Shown here piece after piece: positions 55,503-64,000 of a DNA stretch of 64,000 bases. The notes below the pieces were generated by a model, which worked only from the letters and a program-made list of their open reading frames with translations, was not told where the DNA came from and did no database searches. The position numbers and the translations under genes were made by a program. The first letter of the stretch is position 1; every line of letters begins with the position of its first letter. The DNA comes from Eledone cirrhosa (Eukaryota). The DNA is taken from positions 58,652,001 through 58,716,000 of the forward strand of contig OZ024747.1 of assembly GCA_964016885.1 (NCBI GenBank). Direction: 5' to 3'.

Positions 55503-55692
55503 AAGGACCGCTAGCCTTTGTCAGGGCTTTATTCTAGGAGAAGGCAACTCGGGAAACTGGGATAACTCCAACATAAAACCTGCGACTCAGTAGTTCCCGA
55601 TCAGTAGTTCCCGATCAGTAGTTACCGATCGGGTTATAGCTACTATCGATCAGAGATTGGGATTGACTTAAAAAATCTTCACGCACAGGCAA
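55503..55692 (+). mobile_element. RTE-type 5' UTR fragment with an internal 14-bp triplication
   Basis: Homologous to 36209-36390. (tcagtagttcccga)x3. Confidence 0.55.
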
Positions 55693-55713
55693 TGCACGAT
55701 AGAATTAATTAAT

Positions 55714-55907
55714 TGTTTCTACTTTTGGCACAAGGCCAGCAATTACCCAGTGCATTACTGGTACTTTATTTTATCGACCCCGTTAGGATGAAAAGCAAAG
55801 TTAACCTTGGCGGGATTTGAACTCAGACCATAAAGGGCCGTAACTCTTTGCTACAAAGCATGGCGTCCGACCCTCTACCGATACTTACCGATACTGCCAA
55901 TTCACCT
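55714..55907 (-). mobile_element. SINE family M, full length, 19-bp TSD
   Basis: TSD cacgatagaattaattaat at 55695-55713 and 55908-55926. Confidence 0.93.
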
Positions 55908-56202
55908 CACGATAGAATTAATTAATAATTATTAATAATGGTATATCGTGCAGTGGCCATACTTGATAACGAGGGGGCAGCTATCATCATGTATGCATGC
56001 ATGTATGTATATATGTTTGTATATATGTCTGTCTTCTGGCATGTTTCTATGTACATATGTCTGTCTGTATGTATGTCTATGCACACATATATAGGCTGTT
56101 ATATATATATGAATGGTTCCACCTGTAACTAGGTGATTCAGGATGTAACTCTGTAGAGAAGTATATTGAGTGAAACACAATGGCGTGCATTATGATGAAG
56201 AA

Positions 56203-56389
56203 GGGCGGTGGATTGGCAGTATCGGTAGAGGGTCTGACGCTATGCTTTGCAGCAAAGAGTTACGCCCCTTTATGGTTTGAGTTCAAATCCCGCCGAGGTT
56301 AACTTTGCCTTTCATCCTTACGGGGTCGATAAAATAAAGTACCAGTAATGCACTGGGTAATTGCTGGCCTTGTGCCAAAAGTAGAAACA
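56203..56389 (+). mobile_element. SINE family M, full length, 14-bp TSD
   Basis: ggcggtggat-tggcagtatcggtagag (A box)..gagttcaaatcc (B box)..gcctttcatcctt core. TSD attatgatg(a/g)agaa. Confidence 0.93.
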
Positions 56390-56746
56390 ATTATGATGGA
56401 GAATCTGTTTGTTATTTTGATAGAACAATTCGAGTTACACATCTGTCGAAGTAGTAATTCCTTAATAGTTGGCAATCTGACAATCTTCGCCAATGTTTAC
56501 ATGAAGCTGTGAAAATCTAAGACTTGGGCACAAAATCTCTGCAAGTTTAACAACCATTGCTCTTACATACATTCTTCTCTCTTGATTTGGTTCCGACATT
56601 CACATACGCTATAGCAGAAAATTTAATTGTTTCTTATAATATATCTCTGATAAATATATTAGTTTTGTTACACTTCAATTCCATACAAGCTTTAATTGGA
56701 GTAGTCAGCCCCTTGAAAGATATATTTCTATGTATGCATGTATGAA

Positions 56747-56804
<58 letters not shown>

Positions 56805-56937
56805 TATTCATATATGCATACATAGAAAGATATCATATATATATATACAGATATTTATATATATATATATATATGTCCCACCCTTGCAAGCAGGGAAAAG
56901 CGGACGTAACATGATGATGATGATGATGATGATGATG

Positions 56938-57007
<70 letters not shown>

Positions 57008-57018
57008 GCATATACATA

Positions 57019-57099
<81 letters not shown>

Positions 57100-57116
57100 T
57101 TATATGTATATACATA

Positions 57117-57173
<57 letters not shown>

Positions 57174-57851
57174 ATCTATCTATATACGTGTTTATGTATG
57201 TACTTATGCATGTATCTATATGTGTATGTGTGTGTAAGTGTAGATGCACGGCCATATGTATGCATACACATATATGTAATTATGTATGTACAAATATATA
57301 GATCTTTTCTCACTCTAATGATTGCCAACTAACTACAAGTACATAATTATATTTCCAGATTTCAAATTCCTGACCGTGACATATTCCTATGTTAAGCAGG
57401 TCAACAAGACCTAATCTGTCGTCAACAACTACAGCCACATAATATAAATATATATGATGAAACATTCGCTAAAGGAACTCTTGCAATGATATTATATGAT
57501 GAAGATAATTGGACGTGATACATATAACTGACTAAACACATGAGTGTATTGATGTATGCAATTTGCAATCATCGTTATTAATATATATTGAACTAGAATT
57601 ACATTGCGGAGAAGTGAAATTACTCTGTTGCACTTTTAACTAACGGAATTTCTGTGGAAATTAAATTCATATATCTTTATCCAAAGCAGGAGGCGGAATT
57701 ATTCTACTTGTCTCCATTTATGTAGCTCCTCCAGGAATTTAAAAGATGTTTAGGGAAATATCTTTTAGACTTAATGCCGACGTGGAAAAAACCAACGAGA
57801 TATCTTTCGGATGTTCTGCATTGGCAAATATTCTTAGATTTATTCCTTGTA

Positions 57852-58042
57852 TGAGGGTCGGCTGAAAGGTTCATAGGCAGAAAAGTTCATAGGTTGACCA
57901 AATGAGGTTTATATTTCAACATAGACACTGGAATAAAAAGTTCAGTTATTAATAAGAAGAGTTTAACATATTACATGCATGATTTCACAGGGTTAGCATC
58001 ACTCCTTCATAGTCAGCCGATGGTATTTTCATCCTACCCTCG
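57852..58042. mobile_element. Tc1/mariner-type MITE
   Basis: TA|tgagggtcggctgaaag ... ttttcatcctaccctcg|TA. CGAGGG-type TIR with TA TSD. Confidence 0.7.
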
Positions 58043-58937
58043 TATAATATATTTAAGAATCTTCTTGTAGATCTAATCCATCATTCACATTAGCCCAGCT
58101 TTTCGGGATTTTGGTACCTTTAGCGAAATACACTCTGTTGCAAACATTTAGCCTAAGACCTCAGTTTGAGAACACATCCCAGCTGTTTAGGGATCCATGG
58201 AAGATAGCCATGAGCAATGACCTACGCATCCTCATGAAACAGTAAAAGATTTCAACAGTTAATATATTAAAATTGTGTAACATAGATATGTCTTTTTAAC
58301 CAAGTATTTTCATTAAGCTAGTTTTACAACATACTCCAGTTGTTGGATGAAGATAGGGTGGGGCTAGTGGAAATTTGTGTCACCTTGCGGCTGTATAACA
58401 CATACGACTAAGCCATGCGTCATTGCAAAGAGCTGCCACAGTTCAAAGATTCCTGACATGATAAAATTATTTTTATTTTCTGGAAACATAATTATTAAAT
58501 TATAAGTGAAAGTGTGTCAGACACAAACATGTCCACGGAGTATTTAAAATCAAATAAACTGTTTTACTTTATTTTGAGGAGTGCCTTTCATGTGTGTCTT
58601 TTTTATTTTTTACATTTTATTTTTGAAAGATATAGGTTTGTCTAACTTTCAAGGCTTACGGTCTCCAGAGGCAGATATTATCATCTACTTACTTATTATT
58701 TTCAATTATCACTTAATTATGTCAACAACCTTGACTTTAATTATGTTACGTTAAATGGAATTTCGATGAAGCGTTCATTATTTCCAGAAGCTTTAAAAGA
58801 TAGTTAGTCTTTGATGAAGTTTTATTTTCTAAAAAATAAAAACAATTCTCGCAATCGACAGATATACATTTCAAGCTAGTAGGATTTCTTTGTGGAAAAA
58901 AATACAGTTTCAAACACAGTAGACTTTTTGTGTGAAA

Positions 58938-59075
58938 TCACGTGCCTTAATGGCTTGAGTGTTGCGCTCACAATAAATGTAGTGAGTTTGATTCTCGGGC
59001 CAGGCGGCGCGTTGTGTGATTGAGCAAGACACTTTTTTATCAGGTATCCCCTGTCTACGCAGCTAATAAAAATGA
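58938..59075 (+). mobile_element. CORE-type SINE fragment
   Basis: gagtttgattctcgggccaggcggcgcgttgtgtgattgagcaagacactt. Confidence 0.7.
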
Positions 59076-59388
59076 GTTGCAACGACAATTGCGCCAATCG
59101 TTATTGGTCTGTTCCTTTCATTTGAACAACAACGACGGCGTGGCCAACGACGGCGTGGTCTTCCGTAAAAACAGCTTAACTGAGATTGTGTCTTGAAGAG
59201 GAACTTTCCAGGTACAGACCCATGATCAGTTGTGACTGAAGTGAACATCATGTCACACATGTATAATTGCAAATTGTTTGGGGGGTTTGAAGTCGAATCA
59301 TTTGAAACAGTTGCTTTTGATAGAACGCTCTGGAAGGCGTATAAAAGGGCACGGCCACCACAACTATCAAAGGTATGATATATGTGTG

Positions 59389-59570
59389 AGAAGAAGAAGA
59401 AGAAGAAGAAGAAGAAGAAGAAGAAGAAGAAGAAGAAGAAGAAGAAGAAGAAGAAGAATTCAATATGCTATCGATCACAGGAAAATGCAGAGGGGACTAT
59501 ATTTTTTTTATTCAATATAATAAAATAAACTCAGTACAAGACATGAGTGAAAAAGCCTAGTAGTAGTGGC

Positions 59571-59636
<66 letters not shown>
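59389..59636. repeat. (GAA)n (59389-59458) and (TAG)n (59558-59636) microsatellites
   Basis: Direct observation. Confidence 0.95.
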
Positions 59637-59637
<1 letters not shown>

Positions 59638-60630
59638 AAAGGAGGTGGGAGGAGGGAGGCGGAGGGAAAGAATTCAGAAAACAAGGAGGAGATAAAGATG
59701 TAAGTCATAGTTTAACGCAAAGAGTCTATGTGATTTGCTTGTATCACAACATCTATTTCTCCCCACCAACCCTACCCGAACTGTTTAACCCTATACTCTA
59801 AACCAAGCTAGAAGAAAAAAGATAAAAGGAACCGATCAAGAAACATTTATTAATCTAGAAATTAATCAAGGTTATATTGAATATAGTTCACGATTTCACT
59901 GGTTCACTTTCATTTTCAGATTCCAGCTTTTGAGGTTTCCATTTTATATAATTTACAAATACAAAAAGTAAAAAAATAATAATAATATACAGAGAGAAGA
60001 AAAATCATGGAAAATATATCAAATAATGCGAATAAATTTAATTCTCTATAAATATCTACCTCCTTTTATATCTATCAGAAAGCCTGATACTTATAAGTAC
60101 TTTAGTATGAAAGCATCTATTTTCAAATTTCGTATAGTATAGGGCACAGCATATCACTTATACATACATATATCTATACTAACATAGACACGCAAATTTG
60201 TTGTTCTTTATATTTTGGCTAGCATTGAAAGATGACAAATAAAAGAATTATATGCATTTTTGTGTCATTTCATTCACCTTAAATATAAAGACGGTTGCTA
60301 AGATTTTCGTCCCCCACAGAGATCGCTGATGTAGTTTTCTTTTGTTATTCTTCAAAATTTCCTTTAAGCATTAACCTAGTTTCATCTGTATTAATGGTAA
60401 AGGACTCGATAGTTTAAAGTCAGCGGTAATCCATATAATACTTTACTTATTCAATATAACTGCCGCTGCTGCTGTTGTGGAGAAAAAAGGCGGTATTATA
60501 GAGAAAGCATTCTTGACTTTTGCGTTTTAGTTTACGACGAGTAAAAAGAGGAATGCGCACAATCGGTGTGTGTTTATGTATGTATGTGTAATAGTATGTA
60601 TGCGTGTATAACAGTATATATATATATATT

Positions 60631-60732
<102 letters not shown>

Positions 60733-60782
60733 CTTTCAAATGTGCATTCGTAAACATACTGTATATCGCTAGATATACAAAT

Positions 60783-60816
<34 letters not shown>

Positions 60817-61146
60817 TACCCAATTTCTTCTTTTAGTTCTCTTCTTTAACTATACCTCTATTGTTTCTTCTAACTTATCGCAGCTCGCTTACGTCATGTT
60901 TCAAACATAATCTTACTTTCATTATAGTACTTGAGACACATTATGTATGCATAAAATACGTATATTTTTTTTTCATCTCAATCGAACACTCACATCTCAT
61001 CTACTTGACCTGAGAAGAATTCACTATGGAACATCAAATATAGCGACGTTGTTTTCCCCCTTTTATCGAAATCATTCTAAAGTTACCCACCCACACACAC
61101 ACACTTTATATTTTCATCTCTCTATGTGAATATATAGAAACGCATT

Positions 61147-61263
61147 CTGCGTTCAAATCCCGCCGAGGTTGACTTTGCCTTTCATCCTTACGGGGTCGAT
61201 AAAATAAAGTACCAGTAATGCACTGGGTATTTGCTGGCCTTGTGCCTAAAGTAGAAACAATTA
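61147..61263 (+). mobile_element. SINE family M, 5'-truncated
   Basis: Family match from the B box onward. Confidence 0.9.
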
Positions 61264-61304
61264 TATATTATGTTAATTGTAATTATGGATTTTAATGTAT
61301 ATAT

Positions 61305-61672
61305 TGTTCGCACCTGTCGCCGCCGAGACCTTAGACTCCTCGGACCCTGTACTGCCGAGCTCCTCCATGATATCGGAACGTCAGCAGCCCATCTGATGAA
61401 GGAGGTGGGGGTGGCTGTTGCAGCGGGTCTCGTCCTTGCAGTTCTGTCCACAGTGCGCAGCCGAAACACCGGCCCCCTCTAGGCATGGAGCCTGTCACCC
61501 TCTCCTCTTCCCCTCCCTTTCTTCCGTGGCCTAATAGTCCTTTCCTTTTTCCCTCTTTTCCTTCACATTTATAGCATTTCTACTCGTTTCCTCTACTTTC
61601 CTACTCAGCTAGATCTGCCCTTCTTTACCACTTCCTTCCACTGTTTTGTTTTTATCCTTTTTCATATTTCCA
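61305..61672 (+). mobile_element. Interspersed repeat, copy 2 of the 130-465 family
   Basis: Colinear with 130-465 from 61385 onward, with a GC-rich 5' extension. Confidence 0.65.
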
Positions 61673-61943
61673 TTAATATTTGTAATGTTATTCCAAGAGT
61701 TCGTTCAAATTTGACTCATTAGCCGATATCGTTCCTTCTATAATATATTTATAAGTAATATATCGTCCTCAAGCTTCATTCTCAATTACGCTGTTATCAA
61801 AGTAAAACTGGTTATATTTTTTTTAAAAAGCTAGATTATTTAATCTACTAAGATAAAGGTTAATCATGTAGAGATATAAATTTTCTATTATTGTTAGGTC
61901 GGTAAAGGCGTCTAACGTTAGGTATTTTTATTGTTAATAAATA

Positions 61944-62099
61944 ATTGTTTCTACTTTAGGCACAAGGCCAGCAATTACCCAGTGTAAGGATGAAAGGCAA
62001 AGTCAACCTCGGCGGGATTTGAACTCAGATCGTAAAGGGACGTAACTATGCTGGAAAGCATGGCGTCCGACCCTCTACCGATACTGCCAATCCACCGCA
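61944..62099 (-). mobile_element. SINE family M with internal deletion
   Basis: cccagtg is joined directly to taaggatgaaaggc. TSD-like aataaataat. Confidence 0.88.
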
Positions 62100-62420
62100 A
62101 TAAATAATAAATAATAACCATTTACATACCGTCACACACACGCTGACAACAGAAGGCAGATATTCAGACATAACCACATATATAATATGTATGTGTTTGT
62201 AGGGTGTGTGAGAATCTATATATGTTTGTATGTATGTAAATATATATGTTTATACATATATATTTATGCACATGTGTGTGTATTTTACTACTAAGAAATG
62301 AAACATAGCCAAACAATGAATAGCAGGTATGATAAGATATCTCCTAGGTTGCAGAACATATAGGTTAATTGATGATATGTGTGTGTGTGTGTGTGTGCGT
62401 ATATATATATATTTATATAT

Positions 62421-62636
62421 ATAGGAAAATGTTTAACCCCGACGGCAGAGCTCAAGCTGTTTCGGGGGCTATTTCTGGACTTAATTAGTCCAGAAATTTA
62501 GTCCAGAAATAGCCGTCGAAACGGGTTGAGCTCTGCCGTCGGGGTTAAACATTTTCCTATTACCCACTCTACTACCCTAAGTATTGAGTACTCTGGTGCG
62601 TTATGGTCCATCTGATTCCTTACCACACCTCCTTAG

Positions 62637-62638
<2 letters not shown>
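62421..62638 (+). mobile_element. Fold-back family H, copy C (second subfamily)
   Basis: Arms 62421-62480 and 62500-62560 (ggaaaatgtttaa variant) plus the same tail. TA flanks. Confidence 0.9.
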
Positions 62639-62683
<45 letters not shown>

Positions 62684-63293
62684 AATATATATATAAGGAT
62701 CAATCCATGGAACAAATATATCATAAAAGCATGCTATGAAAACTAATGCAGCAAATATATAGCCTGATCTTTAAAAACATTTTAGATTTTTTCTTATTCC
62801 CTGAAGTCTTTATTTGGCATTCTTTGTCATTCTGTTATAAAATATTATATTTTCTATATAGGGTTTATTTTATAAATAATGCGCTTGCAGATATAGCCGA
62901 ATTTGCAGAGCCTTTAGTACATTGGATAAAATATTTTACGGTATTTCTTCCGTCTTGCTGAGTTCAAATCCTGCTGAGGTCAAGTTTGTATTTAATCCTT
63001 TCTGCAGTCGGTAAAAATTGCCATACCCTTTATTGTGCTTTTTCCTTTCTATCACCCTTTCTCCTTCTCTGGAAGAATTCGGCTGTGTTCAGACATGGAC
63101 AGGGAGGAGCTCATACTGGTTTTAAAATGTCTAAGCAATGTTGTACGCCATTATGGTGCCTCTACGGCTTCCCAAGTATTTATATATCCCTAAATATGTA
63201 CATACTTGTAGATAAATGTTCGGTGTCGTCTGCCATTATAGTTTAGTTCCTCCATTACTTTATCCCGGAATTTTATTTGATTCCTTGTATTAA

Positions 63294-63543
63294 CCTTTTG
63301 TTACCATATTTCTAATGAAATGTTCTTCCTAATGAAATACTCTGTCTTTATTTTCAAATGATTTTGAAAATATTCAAGAATTTAGAGTGATTTAGTAATA
63401 TAATTTGGTGTTTGAAGCGCAACTTAACAGATTTTGTTACATAAAACATAATGAAAAGTATTTAGTTATATCTAAAACTATAAAATAAACAGTTTTGTAA
63501 CAGAGAAAAGGGAACAGTTACAGATGGCATGATATCCAAAGGG
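63294..63543. mobile_element. piggyBac-type MITE (old)
   Basis: TTAA|ccttttgttaccat ... atgatatccaaaggg|TTAA. Confidence 0.6.
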
Positions 63544-64000
63544 TTAAAATGCCACGTGATCAGCTTAAATGGTTTCTTTATTTTAATAATATTTCGACAA
63601 ATAATCATTGTTTATTTCATATTTATTACATCTTTTCTATCCTAAAATTATCTCCCATATTTCGAAGACTTTCGAAAATTTTACAAGCAGCTACATTCAA
63701 CCTTATAGGTCACGTATTCTAGTTAATGTTGACCTTCAATTTGCATATTCTAAGAACTTCAGGAAAGCCCATCATGTACGAGGTTTCATTTAAGAAAATT
63801 AAATTCCGTTAAAACTTTGATGAAATTAATATGAAGAAAACTAAATATCTGAACAAAATACTAATAGAAATCAACAAGGAATATGAGAAGAAAACCTTGG
63901 AAGGTGACAAATACAACACCTAAAATAATAACAGTAAAAACAAATAACAACAACTCCATCCTCAACAAATAACGCAACAGAACAGCTCACATCCTGCACA

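Overview
AT-rich, microsatellite-saturated animal genomic DNA. It is probably an octopus or other coleoid cephalopod, inferred from the tRNA-derived SINE families and the repeat landscape. No host protein-coding gene can be supported, and nearly all listed ORFs are microsatellite or satellite artefacts. Real coding remnants are all from retroelements: a 5'-truncated Penelope-like element (PLE) with an uninterrupted RT-thumb plus GIY-YIG ORF (25420-26595, -), two tandem R4/Dong-type fragments (15279-17465), and RTE and CR1 fragments. There are also about 20 SINE copies from two families, hAT, piggyBac and mariner MITEs, a Helitron end and several satellites. The main hidden structure is a set of short fold-back elements embedded in (TA)n tracts. 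They have the PLE pseudo-LTR architecture: a short inverted arm plus a longer arm carrying a 3' tail. Many contain minimal type I hammerhead ribozyme motifs (CUGANGA-stem II-GAAA-palindromic loop 3-UH-stem I), often followed directly by AATAAA. One fold-back carries a complete tRNA-like head instead and is a candidate PLE-mobilised SINE. All structures were folded and aligned by eye. No database search was run, and element boundaries are approximate unless a TSD or TIR is quoted.
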